From: a virus
Taxonomy: Duplodnaviria > Caudoviricetes
IMG/VR virus record: IMGVR_UViG_3300038974_000049
Coordinates: 1-30,088 of that record
Reading direction: 5' to 3' (one strand)
DNA: 30,088 bases
Shown: piece by piece, positions 17,366 to 26,922 of the stretch
Layout of the letters: each line of letters opens with the position of its first letter
Position numbering within the stretch: the stretch's first letter is position 1
Notes under the pieces: generated by a model
What the model was told of the DNA's origin: nothing
Database searches by the model: none
Seen by the model: only the letters and a program-made list of their open reading frames with translations
Made by a program: the position numbers and the translations under genes

Positions 17366-18540
17366 GAATCAGCTATTGCTTTTTTCGCCGCCCATGTCGC
17401 ACTTGCCGACTCGCTTCTACCAAAACCAAAGACCTGCTCACGGCTGCCCTGACGTGGTAATTCGGTCTGTTTGAGGAAGTCGGTCTCCCGCTCACGCCAT
17501 GACCTGAGCTTCACCGCCGCCTCGGTTGCGTCCTGCCCGTTTTCCGACAGCGCCTTGTATTCGCGCTTCCATCTGCGGATGTTTCGCTCTATGCGACGCT
17601 GTTCCTGCGTGGCGTCGTACATGCTCATCTTTTTGCCATTGTATGTAACCGTGGCGTTGTTCAGCTCGTCCAGATATTCCTTTGTGTTGGCCAGCTCGGA
17701 AAGACCGGGGAAGAACGGATAAAACCCGTGACGACAATTCCATCCTCCTAATCCCTCTCCTGTACCATAACCGGTCTCGTCGTAAAAGTTCGGATAATCC
17801 GGTTCTGATCCGTGAAGTTTGAATACACGACCTTGCCAAACAGCGTGTGACGGTCTCGCTCCGGCATGTGCCGTGGTTTCCACATAATCGCAGCCCATCT
17901 CCTCGGCGCGGCGTTCCTGCACGGCAAGCCCCGCCTGGTTGAGCCCCGTCAGCGTCGCCCTACGAAATGCGACTTCGGTATAATCAACGTGACCGCTGGG
18001 ATATTCGATTGATGCGATCCCGTTCTTTGCAAGATCCTTTATACCCCAGCGGACAACGTCCTGAAAACTGAATGCACCGCTTGCCAGGCGGAAATGAGCC
18101 TGATCCAGAATGCGTTCGAATTGCCGCGTCGCCGTATTTGCCGTTGTCCGGGTCAAGTTCTCAAGGGTTCCGTTTGTTCGTTCTACGGACGACCATATGA
18201 GCCTTTGCATGAAAGAATTATCTTTCAGCGGTACAGGATCATACCCGGCGGCTCGATATATTTTGTCGTCCTCTCTGATCGTTTCAACAGTTACGTCGTT
18301 GAATAGCTTGAGAAGATCATCCTGTGACATATTCACAGCCTTTGACAGCTTTTCAAGCACGTAATCATGATACGCGCCCAACTGCTCAAGTTTTTGCACC
18401 TGCCAGCTTGCGGTCTCCGTGATCGTCCCGGTTTTCGCTATCCTCCGGGCAGCGTCGGTGATTATGTCATCAACGGCCTTTTCGATGTGATCGCGCATCA
18501 GCTCATCGGTGATGTGCTCCAGATAATCGGGATTAAGCAT
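17350..18540 (-). CDS. Phage minor capsid protein (Phage_min_cap2 / MuF-related)
   Basis: MLNPDYL, TAHAGARPSHAVWQGRVF, GLGGWNCRH.FYPF, QRRIERNIRRWKR. Confidence 0.92.
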   Translation of the reverse strand: MLNPDYLEHITDELMRDHIEKAVDDIITDAARRIAKTGTITETASWQVQKLEQLGAYHDYVLEKLSKAVNMSQDDLLKLFNDVTVETIREDDKIYRAAGYDPVPLKDNSFMQRLIWSSVERTNGTLENLTRTTANTATRQFERILDQAHFRLASGAFSFQDVVRWGIKDLAKNGIASIEYPSGHVDYTEVAFRRATLTGLNQAGLAVQERRAEEMGCDYVETTAHAGARPSHAVWQGRVFKLHGSEPDYPNFYDETGYGTGEGLGGWNCRHGFYPFFPGLSELANTKEYLDELNNATVTYNGKKMSMYDATQEQRRIERNIRRWKREYKALSENGQDATEAAVKLRSWRERETDFLKQTELPRQGSREQVFGFGRSESASATWAAKKAIADSSGNS

Positions 18541-19985
18541 TATTTATCACCAAACAACGTCGGCTTTTGGAACATTGCTTTTGCCGTCGCCTCGTCTTCA
18601 TTACGCCATGTTTTGCGGAACTCCCAACCTTGCAGCAGTCCGCGATCAAACTCTTGCAGGTCCCTTGCTCGCCGTTCCTCATCGCTGATGATATAGCCGT
18701 CGCTGAATTCGACCTTGATCTCTGCGGTTTCATCCACCGGTGCGCCGATGATGTTCCTTCCGATCCACAGCATTGCATGAACAATGTCGATAAGAGCCTT
18801 TTCGATGACGATCATGTGCTTTGCCGCATTTTGCTTGAGCTCCTGCTTCTCACCTGTGTACTGTGTCGCCGTAATCGATCCGGTATTCGTGTCGAATTTG
18901 TAATAGCGGGTGCCGAGGCCACACTTGAAAGATAGGTAATCAAGCTGCGCCTGTATGCCATTTACATTCTCTTCGACTCGTAGGCTTGGATTAAATTCAT
19001 ATATCGGCTGTTTGCCATCGGCAAGGATGTTGTCACCGAGCTGCCAGAACAGGCGCTGTTGCACTTCATCCGGTGCGAGAGTGGTTATGCTTCCATCAGC
19101 GTTTACCGTTGACTCACCGAGGGAGCGGTCATAAAACACCTTTTTGCCGCCAAGATAAAAGTCCTGGTTGAAGTTGTTATATGCCAGGTCAACACCTTTC
19201 AGGTTGTCGATGGCGTTTGCAAACACAGCGCATCCGAGTCCCCGGTTGCTCTTGATGGAGTTGACGCTGTTCGGCTTGATTATGGCGAAAAACGGGATAG
19301 GGGAGCCGGTGTTTACCACCGCCGCAACACCCTCGGGCAACGGAGCGTCATGCAGCACACCGTTTGTGTACTCGTAGTACCGGTTGCGGATGACGTACAG
19401 GCCGTCCTCGATCATGTGCGTTTCGACGTACACAAAATCACGCCCGCGGACCGATACGTCTGATGCAAACGCACACTCTGTGACCTGGTTGTATCGGACG
19501 GTGATCGGGATAATGTTTTCAGCGGGCAAATACTCCATGCGAATCCGCGCGTCTGAGCTCTCTGCAACTGAGCCGTCCTCAGTGACACCCATACCGTCAA
19601 CCTTGAGTACAAACGCCCCCGTGCCGCTGTAAAAAGCCTTTTCGACCAGCGCGTTTGCCTCCGTCCAGAAGCTTATATCCGCAAACACGCCCCCGGTCTC
19701 GTTGTCGCCCTGTAGCCACTTGGTTGAGCTGTCATCACTTACGCTGATGTGTGTTTTTTCGTTGAGGAGCACGCTCGCCCAATCCTCGCAAATCTTCTTC
19801 GCCATACCGAGAGAATATATCTGCGATCTCCGGCGCGTACCGTTTGCCAGTGCCTCGGTGCGGGCGTGAAAGCTCGTTTTTCCCTGCCACCACTTCGACC
19901 ACTTCCGTATTTCGCCGTAATAGCTTGTGGGGATCGTCATACCCAGCTCAGAATTAAGTTTTTTTACAACTGCGCTTATGTCCAT
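18540..19985 (-). CDS. Portal protein (A118/SPP1 type)
   Basis: Follows TerL; LGMAKKICEDWAS.LLNE, LGCAVFANA, TATQY, F.DG.I.. motifs; GGGTG RBS supports the start at 19985. Confidence 0.9.
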   Translation of the reverse strand: MDISAVVKKLNSELGMTIPTSYYGEIRKWSKWWQGKTSFHARTEALANGTRRRSQIYSLGMAKKICEDWASVLLNEKTHISVSDDSSTKWLQGDNETGGVFADISFWTEANALVEKAFYSGTGAFVLKVDGMGVTEDGSVAESSDARIRMEYLPAENIIPITVRYNQVTECAFASDVSVRGRDFVYVETHMIEDGLYVIRNRYYEYTNGVLHDAPLPEGVAAVVNTGSPIPFFAIIKPNSVNSIKSNRGLGCAVFANAIDNLKGVDLAYNNFNQDFYLGGKKVFYDRSLGESTVNADGSITTLAPDEVQQRLFWQLGDNILADGKQPIYEFNPSLRVEENVNGIQAQLDYLSFKCGLGTRYYKFDTNTGSITATQYTGEKQELKQNAAKHMIVIEKALIDIVHAMLWIGRNIIGAPVDETAEIKVEFSDGYIISDEERRARDLQEFDRGLLQGWEFRKTWRNEDEATAKAMFQKPTLFGDK

Positions 19986-21232
19986 TTGCTCACCCTTATC
20001 ATCTTGGGAATAAACCGCTCCCATGAATACTCAAATGCGTCAAGAATATCAATATCGCTCGTAAAGTCGTCGAGCCTTGTGTCAGGCGTCTTGCTGTCCC
20101 ACACCGCCTCGCTCAGCCCCTTTTCAAGGACTTTGCAGTCCTCAGAGATAAACAGCCTGCCTGTGTTAAAAAGCGTGTTTGTTGCGATTATGCGTTCCTT
20201 GATAGGGCGCTTCGCGCTGTCGCCAACTTCGACCCCGGCACCGAAATTAAACCGGACCGCTTTATGAAGTCCGGTGATGAGATATTGCTCCGCGCTGTCA
20301 GCCCAGATAAACTTTATCGGCAGCGAAGGGAATCGCTTTTTCAGGCGCTGGATAAATCCAACCAACTCGGAGTTGAGAATGTCAGCGTCAATATCACCCT
20401 TGCCGCCGGTAATCGCATAATCAGCGATAACCGTGAGTTTTGAAAAATTCCGGTGAATCGCCGTCGCGACGAATTTCGTTTTTGACTTATTCCCACCAAA
20501 GTCAATGCCGACCGTGATAAACGTCATATCACGCATGTACTCCGGCGTTAGTTCGACCTTGTACCGTCCCGGATCATCCGCGAATTGTCGATAGATAACA
20601 CCCTCGGCGGCCTTCCAATGCCCAAGAATGTATCGGTCGTAATATACCGTTCCGGCATATTCCTTCTTGAGCTCATCGATAACATATTTCGTCAGAAATG
20701 GATTGTCGTCAATGGTGTAAGATTGCGTATAAACATCAGCGTCCGAGTCAATGAACGTCTTAAACCAGTGTGTCGGAGTCGCCGGGTTGCACGTACCGTC
20801 GAACACGCTGTTTTCCGTCCTGAGACGGGATTTCAGCATCTCAAAGACTTCTTTGTTCCACGTTGTGACCTCGTCGCCATAGCAATACTCGATGGTCGCG
20901 CCCTGGATCCTCGCCACCTGGTTTACCTTATCCGCGCCCATGACATAGCAGCGCTTACCAAAGAGCGTCACCGTGTTGTCATTGCTGCGGATAGTACCGA
21001 CGAGCTTGTCAGACCAAATCTGTCGCATTGGATCAAGCACGTTCCGCTCGATAGTGTTCTTCGTGTTGCCGATCAGGACGATCAGCCCCGCTCCCGTGCA
21101 ATTCATGATCCGTTTCGGTATCACAAACGCATAGTCAAGATACGTCTTTCCGCTGCCTGTCGCTCCGACCTTTACGTTCCAACGATGAGTAGCGTTCTGC
21201 AGATACTCACGCTGCATCTCACTAAATGGCAC
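19976..21232 (-). CDS. terL: Terminase large subunit (PBSX family)
   Basis: Walker A GATGSGKT, Walker B YGDE, TCNP, DNPFL, RYILG.W, nuclease GIDFG and DILDAFEY. Confidence 0.95.
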   Translation of the reverse strand: MPFSEMQREYLQNATHRWNVKVGATGSGKTYLDYAFVIPKRIMNCTGAGLIVLIGNTKNTIERNVLDPMRQIWSDKLVGTIRSNDNTVTLFGKRCYVMGADKVNQVARIQGATIEYCYGDEVTTWNKEVFEMLKSRLRTENSVFDGTCNPATPTHWFKTFIDSDADVYTQSYTIDDNPFLTKYVIDELKKEYAGTVYYDRYILGHWKAAEGVIYRQFADDPGRYKVELTPEYMRDMTFITVGIDFGGNKSKTKFVATAIHRNFSKLTVIADYAITGGKGDIDADILNSELVGFIQRLKKRFPSLPIKFIWADSAEQYLITGLHKAVRFNFGAGVEVGDSAKRPIKERIIATNTLFNTGRLFISEDCKVLEKGLSEAVWDSKTPDTRLDDFTSDIDILDAFEYSWERFIPKMIRVSKWT

Positions 21233-21650
21233 TGTCTACACCGTCCAGTATCTTCTTCGCTTCGTTGAGCGTCACCTCGTTTGTAGCATCCGTCTTTGTC
21301 GAATAACCATGCTTACTCATCCAAAGCCCCGCAAGCTGAGGCGGGATCTCGCCGGTCTCGAATTTGCGACGGGCGTCAAACTCACATTCTTCCCTCATGC
21401 GCGTAACGATGTCCGCATACGGCTTTTTATCGGCATACGTTTCATAGAATTGGGCTCGAGAAATGCCAACAAACACGCAAAAACCTTCGACGGTATACGT
21501 GACACGTTTTTTCAGTTTCTCGCTCACAAACTCCGAATTTCTTGAGCTGAAATCATGAGTAAGTACTAACTGATTATCACAGTCGGCTTTGTATGCCTCC
21601 CATGCTTCTTCCATCTGCTTTACGCTTTTGAATTTTCTCGGTCTGCCCAT
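21222..21650 (-). CDS. terS: Terminase small subunit
   Basis: MGRPRKFKS..., YTVEGFCVFVGISR helix-turn-helix; overlaps the TerL start; AGGTGGTG RBS gives the start at 21650. Confidence 0.85.
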   Translation of the reverse strand: MGRPRKFKSVKQMEEAWEAYKADCDNQLVLTHDFSSRNSEFVSEKLKKRVTYTVEGFCVFVGISRAQFYETYADKKPYADIVTRMREECEFDARRKFETGEIPPQLAGLWMSKHGYSTKTDATNEVTLNEAKKILDGVDSAI

Positions 21651-21672
21651 GATCTCACCACCTGAAAAAGAT

Positions 21673-21714
21673 AATAAAAAGCCTAAGGCGCAGCCCACGC
21701 AAGCCACGCCTTAG
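21673..21714 (-). terminator. Intrinsic terminator in the late leader, just upstream of terS
   Basis: Minus strand 12-bp stem CTAAGGCGTGGC/GCTGCGCCTTAG (two G-U pairs) followed by GCTTTTTATT. Confidence 0.7.
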
Positions 21715-21795
21715 TAACAAGAAAGGAGGTTTTATGAAGAAAAAATACAAACACTGGTTTCCCCGGCCTGTGTCGTCCTCATTTCAGCTATCCCC

Positions 21796-21847
21796 AGTTT
21801 ACACTTTCGTCAATAATGTCACAAGTTCGTTTTCTCGTTTTTTTCTC
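21796..21847 (-). promoter_or_regulatory. Putative late promoter with upstream direct repeats
   Basis: Minus strand TTGTGA-17 nt-TAAACT; two GAGAAAA repeats 11 bp apart just upstream of -35, at the end of the activator gene. Confidence 0.55.
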
Positions 21848-22301
21848 ACGTTTGCCAATACAAGAGATTCCGCAGTCTGTTCAATGCTTCATCACATCGG
21901 CGATATGCTACAGCTTGGCTTATGTGCAACTCGTCCATGATACGCTTGATTCCGTTGCCCTCCAAGTAGTCGATATATCTCATCTCAAGTACGTGGCGCT
22001 CGGACTTGCTAAGACGGCTCAGGCAGGCCTCCATAAGCTCCATGAACTCTACGGCTTCGCAGTATTGTTTTTCTGCAAGAGCCTTTCGGTCGAGACCGGC
22101 GATCAGTGTTTCCTCCGCACGGTTGCCGCCTCCGCCGCTGACGGGAGTTTTCCCGACCACAGCAGGTATGCTCTCAAGACTCGACTGTATCTCCTTGATC
22201 TTTTCTTTGCCATACTCAGCTTTCCACTGCTGATTGCGGTAGTCCCGGAGCATCCTGATGGTCGCCCGGCGTGTGTCGAGGTATTTGACCGCTATTGACA
22301 T
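21846..22301 (-). CDS. Late transcriptional activator (ArpU/RinA-like)
   Basis: Last gene before the terminase; C-terminal sigma region-4-like HTH LSKSERHVLEMRYI...IMDELHISQAVAYRRCDEAL. Confidence 0.82.
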   Translation of the reverse strand: MSIAVKYLDTRRATIRMLRDYRNQQWKAEYGKEKIKEIQSSLESIPAVVGKTPVSGGGGNRAEETLIAGLDRKALAEKQYCEAVEFMELMEACLSRLSKSERHVLEMRYIDYLEGNGIKRIMDELHISQAVAYRRCDEALNRLRNLLYWQT

Positions 22302-22576
22302 GATGCACCGTCCTTTCTGATCCGCTGATCCAGCCGCTCAAGCTTACAGCGTTTAAACTCAGCCATTTCGTCGGCACAGTGATACAGCATGATCATCTGA
22401 GCCAACACAATCTGCACGTCGGCGATTTCCTCCGCAATGTCTAAGCGGTTAGCCGCGCCCCTTGCGTGCTTGCAGAGGGCTTTCTGCAGCTCTGACATCT
22501 CTTCAAAGACCATGAGCGTCTGAGCATCCGCGCCGTAAGTATCAAGTGCTTTTTTGTAGATTTCGTTCTCGTTCAT
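22292..22576 (-). CDS. MazG-like nucleotide pyrophosphohydrolase
   Basis: EEMSEL...IAEEIADV motif. Confidence 0.8.
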   Translation of the reverse strand: MNENEIYKKALDTYGADAQTLMVFEEMSELQKALCKHARGAANRLDIAEEIADVQIVLAQMIMLYHCADEMAEFKRCKLERLDQRIRKDGASCQ

Positions 22577-22983
22577 TCTGAACCTCCAATCTCTTGTATC
22601 GCTACGTACAGTCCGGGCAGCTCCGCCCAGAACTTTTCTGTGATCTCACTGCATACCTGAGCGTCATCTTTCCAGAAGCCCACTCTTGTCATGCAGTCCT
22701 TCAGCATTTTTTGTAAATTGTCCGTGTCTGGTCTCGTTGTCCTGTATTCACCATCCCGATGTGATCCTCTGGGGAACAGCCACTTTGTTACGAGCCGGAT
22801 CCCGCCACAGTACGGCTTGTCAGGCTTGAAGCGGGACAGGTGCGCCGTCAATTTCTGTTTCGCCGCTTTAAGCTCCGGCGGATCATACCTGAACGGCTTC
22901 CCGTTACGTATGCCTGTTTTCTGCTCCTGAGCCGTCACCGTCGGCGGCGTCATTGGGATAAAAAATTCTGTCGTTGTCTGCAA
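22573..22983 (-). CDS. rusA: RusA-family Holliday junction resolvase
   Basis: RPDTDNLQK.LKD.M...GFWKDDAQV motif; GGAGGTG RBS before TTG. Confidence 0.92.
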   Translation of the reverse strand: MQTTTEFFIPMTPPTVTAQEQKTGIRNGKPFRYDPPELKAAKQKLTAHLSRFKPDKPYCGGIRLVTKWLFPRGSHRDGEYRTTRPDTDNLQKMLKDCMTRVGFWKDDAQVCSEITEKFWAELPGLYVAIQEIGGSE

Positions 22984-23019
22984 GCGTCGTCACCTCCGTC
23001 TTCGCGCGCTTATAAATGT

Positions 23020-23250
23020 TCGGGGAAAAGGGTGGGGGTGAAACCCTTTTCCCTATATATTTATATACCGGTTTTTTCACACCCCCTGTGAAAACTCCTT
23101 ATAAGGGTTTTTCACACCCCCCTGAAAAAAGTGGATTTTACACGGGTGAAAACTCCTAAAAACAAGGATTTTACACCCGGGGTGAAAACTCTGGATTTTC
23201 AACTTTTACACCCCTGTGAAAACTCCGCTTTTTTCAGTTTTTTCACCCCT
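23020..23250. repeat. Iteron-like repeats, probable phage replication origin
   Basis: GTGAAAACTC at 23088, 23146, 23182 and 23216, interleaved with TTTT(C)ACACCC elements; short AT tract at ~23054-23067; non-coding gap right after the primase. Confidence 0.75.
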
Positions 23251-25305
23251 CTATGAATCATCATCTACAACCTTCCAAACGATACCGTCGTCATCGCGCT
23301 CAAGGCTTGGACAAGCATCTATCCAGTTTAGGAGCGTCCTCTTTGATCCTAATTGCAATGAAGAATCTTTGCACAGTTCTTTGAATAATCGCGACGTCGT
23401 AACCGGACCGTGAGTGCTAAGTTTTTCATATGCTAAATACAAAGCAAAATTTTTTGATATTCTCTTTTGTTCATTTGCTTTTTTTGCAGCTTCTGATCCC
23501 TTACGCTTTGGGTCTTCCTCTCCGACTGCTTGTATGCTTTTCAATTCGTCTTTGTCATCTACCTTATGCACAGGGTAATCAAACCACACGTTCACAGGAT
23601 CAAATTTCACGAACTCACGCAAAGTACCTTCGATACGCCATGCGGTTTTACTGCTTTCATCATCCACGGCAAGCTGTACCATATCGAGAAGTGCATCCGG
23701 GTCTCTCGCGAATACGCCGGAGCCGGAGGCGCGATCCATGCTGCGTTTGCTGCCCTGATAGCCTTTGCTGTGGTGATGGCAGTAGATCACCGCTGCCCCC
23801 AGCTCATGGCACACTTTGTCAAACTGATTACAGAAGGCCGCCATTTGATCTGCGCTGTTTTCATCACCGGTAAGAACTTTGTATATAGGGTCGATGATGA
23901 TAGCAAGGTAATTCTTTTTAGCGGCTCTGCGGATCAATTTGGGAGCCAGCTTATCCATTGGGATAGAGTTCCCTCGCAAATTCCAGATGTCGATACTGTC
24001 GATATGTTCCGGCCTCCAACTCAGGGCGTCGTAGACGTCCTTGAAGCGATGCAAACAGCTTGCCCTATCCAGTTCGAGGTTAACGTATAAAACACGCCCC
24101 TGAGCGCACTGGAAGCCCAGCCACTTTTTACCTTCTGCGATCGAGATAGCCATCCCGATTAACGCGAATGATTTTCCTGCTTTCGATGGACCGGCAAGGA
24201 GCATCTTGTGTCCCTGTCGCAAAACACCTTCGATCAGCGGCGCCGATAACGCCGGGAGATTGTTCCACACAGAAGACAGGGGCTCAGGATCGGGGAGGTT
24301 GTCATTTATACCTTCTATCCAGTCCCGCCATTCTGCCCAGTTCGTTTTCCCGATGTTAGTGTCAATAAGGAATTGCTTATGGCCGTTTCTTATGACGCCG
24401 GGCATGCGGGAGAGCCTTGACGGGTTTTTGTTCTGTCTGTCCGGTTTGAGTCCGTTTTTGCTGCAGACGTCGTACAGATATTCAACGCGCTTGCGATACT
24501 CCGTATAGTCCGGGGCATCAATCCTCACGATGGCGTGCAAGCTCTTTTTCCCTGAATGGACTAACGCTGCAATGGGAAGCTCAAGCTCTCTCAGAATGGC
24601 GTTCTGCTGGCCTATATCGACCTCGTCTGACTCCACCAATGCGTATCTGTATTCTGTTACATTGTCGTTTTTTGCGCCCTTACCATCTAAGGGATTGAAA
24701 CGGATCCAAGCCCCTGCCTCGGGGTTTGCGTCACCGAGGACCGCCCCGAGATCCCCCTTGCAGCGACGCAAGGCATCTTTAAGCTGTCCTGCGGTTCTGT
24801 CCCACGAGCCGCTTGTGGGGACGAGTCGATCATCCTTTGACCAAACCTCGGTCACATAGCCGACGTTTTCGTCATCGTTGAATAACGTGTCCAGGTATCT
24901 TATTAATTGCCCTGTGGGGTCCCATGCGTCGTCAGGCTCCTTAACGTCAACGCTTTCGACCCATCCTGAATGAACAATGACATGTTTATCATGGCTGCCG
25001 ATCACATCATCCCAGTCGAGCTCGTGTCCACTGTGTTCGGGGCGCCATCCACCGTCTTTTGCCATCTGAACGATAGTTCCTGCTGTAACAGGTACTGCAG
25101 CTCCGTTAAAACTCGTCCATTTCATGAATGTTTCGCCGGGGTGGTATCGTCTGCCGTCTCTGCGGCTCCATTCGTCCCATATTGAACATGGGTAGCCGGC
25201 ATCTTTCAGAGCCATGCCTACATTGACCCAATCCTGATATGAGAGTGGAACGGGATCGATATAGTCTAACAGCTCTGTGATGTCATACTGATAATCAGTG
25301 TTCAT
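23251..25305 (-). CDS. Primase-helicase: PriCT-2-like N-terminus, primase-like core, AAA_25 domain
   Basis: SYQDWVNVGMALK..W.EWS, VHSGKKSLHA, NPSRLSRMPG, Walker A GPSKAGKS, IIIDPIYK, HHHSKG. Confidence 0.88.
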   Translation of the reverse strand: MNTDYQYDITELLDYIDPVPLSYQDWVNVGMALKDAGYPCSIWDEWSRRDGRRYHPGETFMKWTSFNGAAVPVTAGTIVQMAKDGGWRPEHSGHELDWDDVIGSHDKHVIVHSGWVESVDVKEPDDAWDPTGQLIRYLDTLFNDDENVGYVTEVWSKDDRLVPTSGSWDRTAGQLKDALRRCKGDLGAVLGDANPEAGAWIRFNPLDGKGAKNDNVTEYRYALVESDEVDIGQQNAILRELELPIAALVHSGKKSLHAIVRIDAPDYTEYRKRVEYLYDVCSKNGLKPDRQNKNPSRLSRMPGVIRNGHKQFLIDTNIGKTNWAEWRDWIEGINDNLPDPEPLSSVWNNLPALSAPLIEGVLRQGHKMLLAGPSKAGKSFALIGMAISIAEGKKWLGFQCAQGRVLYVNLELDRASCLHRFKDVYDALSWRPEHIDSIDIWNLRGNSIPMDKLAPKLIRRAAKKNYLAIIIDPIYKVLTGDENSADQMAAFCNQFDKVCHELGAAVIYCHHHSKGYQGSKRSMDRASGSGVFARDPDALLDMVQLAVDDESSKTAWRIEGTLREFVKFDPVNVWFDYPVHKVDDKDELKSIQAVGEEDPKRKGSEAAKKANEQKRISKNFALYLAYEKLSTHGPVTTSRLFKELCKDSSLQLGSKRTLLNWIDACPSLERDDDGIVWKVVDDDS

Positions 25306-25314
25306 ATTCTCTCC

Positions 25315-26922
25315 TTATGATTGAAAGCCGTAATACTGTTGGTACTGCGGTGTGTAAGTTTTAGGGTTAATATCATGTGGCACTCTCCACCTGTTCGCTG
25401 CTATGCGGTCTATAAGATGATGAGCTTCTTCAAATGCCCATGTTCCCACATGTTCGAATCCTTTATTTTCAAGGAACCTTATCTGCTTTGGAGTGGTCAG
25501 TCCTTCGCTTCGCCGCGCTGCCAGTCTGTCAAGTAACAACTTGGCTTTTCCTGCGTTTTCGATTTCGTCGGGGAATATACCCATTCGTTCCAGGCTGAGT
25601 CGCTGCTTCTCCGTAGGAGGGCTCATTTCCCAACCAAATGAAGGGATATACCCGGCAAGGTCCTCGGCCTGTATTGACATCTCAAACTGCAGCGGATCAA
25701 CGAGTTTCCTTTTCCTTGTTCGCATTTCGGCGAGCTGCTGAGCCAGAGCTTCTTCACGCTGAGCCACAACATCACTTTGAGCTTCCTTTTCGGCTTCCTC
25801 AATATCCACCGGGCAGCCTGCCGATTCTATGTTTTCAGTCATTTTTTTTGCGACCTCATCATTTTCGCAAATCAGCGAGGCGGGGTGACACAGCTCATGG
25901 CGCTCGGTATGCCATAAGAAGTCTAACAGCAGAAGCTCATTTTTGCCGGGGAATAGGCGAGTCCCGCGACCTACCATTTGTGCGTATAGGCTGCGGATCT
26001 TTGTAGGTCTGAGCACGACAACGCAGTCAACAGACGGGCAATCCCAGCCCTCTGTAAGCAACATGGAATTGCAAAGGACGTTGTATTTGCCTTCGTCAAA
26101 TGCCTGCAGGATTTCTGTGCGGTCTTCGCTGTTGCCATTGACCTCTGCCGCCCGGAATCCCATAGCGTTCAGAATATCCCTGAACTTCTGTGATGTTTTA
26201 ACCAGCGGGAGAAACACGACGGTTTTTCTGTTTGCACAGATCGTGGCCATTTCCTGCGCGATTTGCATGAGATATGGGTCGAGAGCAGTCCCGAGATCGC
26301 CGGCTTTGAAATCGCCTGACTGAACACCGACGCCGCTAAGATCGAGCTTTAGCGGGATCGTCTGTGCCTTGATCGGGCTTAGATAGCCTTCTCTGATAGC
26401 GCGAGGAAGTGTGTACTCATAAGCGAGGCTCTCAAAAACTGAGCCGAGATTACGCATATCTCCACGATCCGGGGTGGCTGTGACGCCCAATACATGCGCA
26501 CCGCTGAAATGGTTTAGTATTCTCTGATAACTGTCGGCAAGACAGTGATGGGCTTCGTCGATGATTATAGAACTGAACCAATCGGGAGAAAACTGAGACA
26601 GGCGACTTTCCCTCATGAGCGTTTGAACCGATCCTACAGTTACTCTAAACCAGCTATCTAAACTCGACGATTCTGCTTTTTCAAGGGAGCTGCACAATCC
26701 CGTTGTCTTATACAACTTGTCTGCCGCCTGTTCAAGCAGCTCCCCCCGGTGGGCGAGTATAAGAACCCGCCCGCCGTTCTTCACCTGATTCTCAGCGATC
26801 TTGCAAAACACAACTGTTTTCCCTGTTCCGGTGGGGAGTACGAGCAGCGTGTTTTTTATGCCATTGCTCCATTCTTCTTCAATGCGACCGACGGCCTCAG
26901 TCTGGTATGGTCTCAGGTCCAT
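25315..26922 (-). CDS. Superfamily 2 (DEAD/DEAH) helicase
   Basis: LRPYQ, PTGTGKT, DEAHH, TATP, LTEGWD, QMVGRGTR; start coupled by TAATG to the upstream gene. Confidence 0.95.
   Translation of the reverse strand: MDLRPYQTEAVGRIEEEWSNGIKNTLLVLPTGTGKTVVFCKIAENQVKNGGRVLILAHRGELLEQAADKLYKTTGLCSSLEKAESSSLDSWFRVTVGSVQTLMRESRLSQFSPDWFSSIIIDEAHHCLADSYQRILNHFSGAHVLGVTATPDRGDMRNLGSVFESLAYEYTLPRAIREGYLSPIKAQTIPLKLDLSGVGVQSGDFKAGDLGTALDPYLMQIAQEMATICANRKTVVFLPLVKTSQKFRDILNAMGFRAAEVNGNSEDRTEILQAFDEGKYNVLCNSMLLTEGWDCPSVDCVVVLRPTKIRSLYAQMVGRGTRLFPGKNELLLLDFLWHTERHELCHPASLICENDEVAKKMTENIESAGCPVDIEEAEKEAQSDVVAQREEALAQQLAEMRTRKRKLVDPLQFEMSIQAEDLAGYIPSFGWEMSPPTEKQRLSLERMGIFPDEIENAGKAKLLLDRLAARRSEGLTTPKQIRFLENKGFEHVGTWAFEEAHHLIDRIAANRWRVPHDINPKTYTPQYQQYYGFQS

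Noticed and set aside
17350-17500. MuF-type C-terminal toxin on the minor capsid protein
   Set aside because: The protein ends shortly after the conserved domain; no toxin extension or immunity gene.
23020-23250. Possible CRISPR array
   Set aside because: Repeats are about 10 bp, irregularly spaced and in both orientations, with no cas genes; fits an origin.
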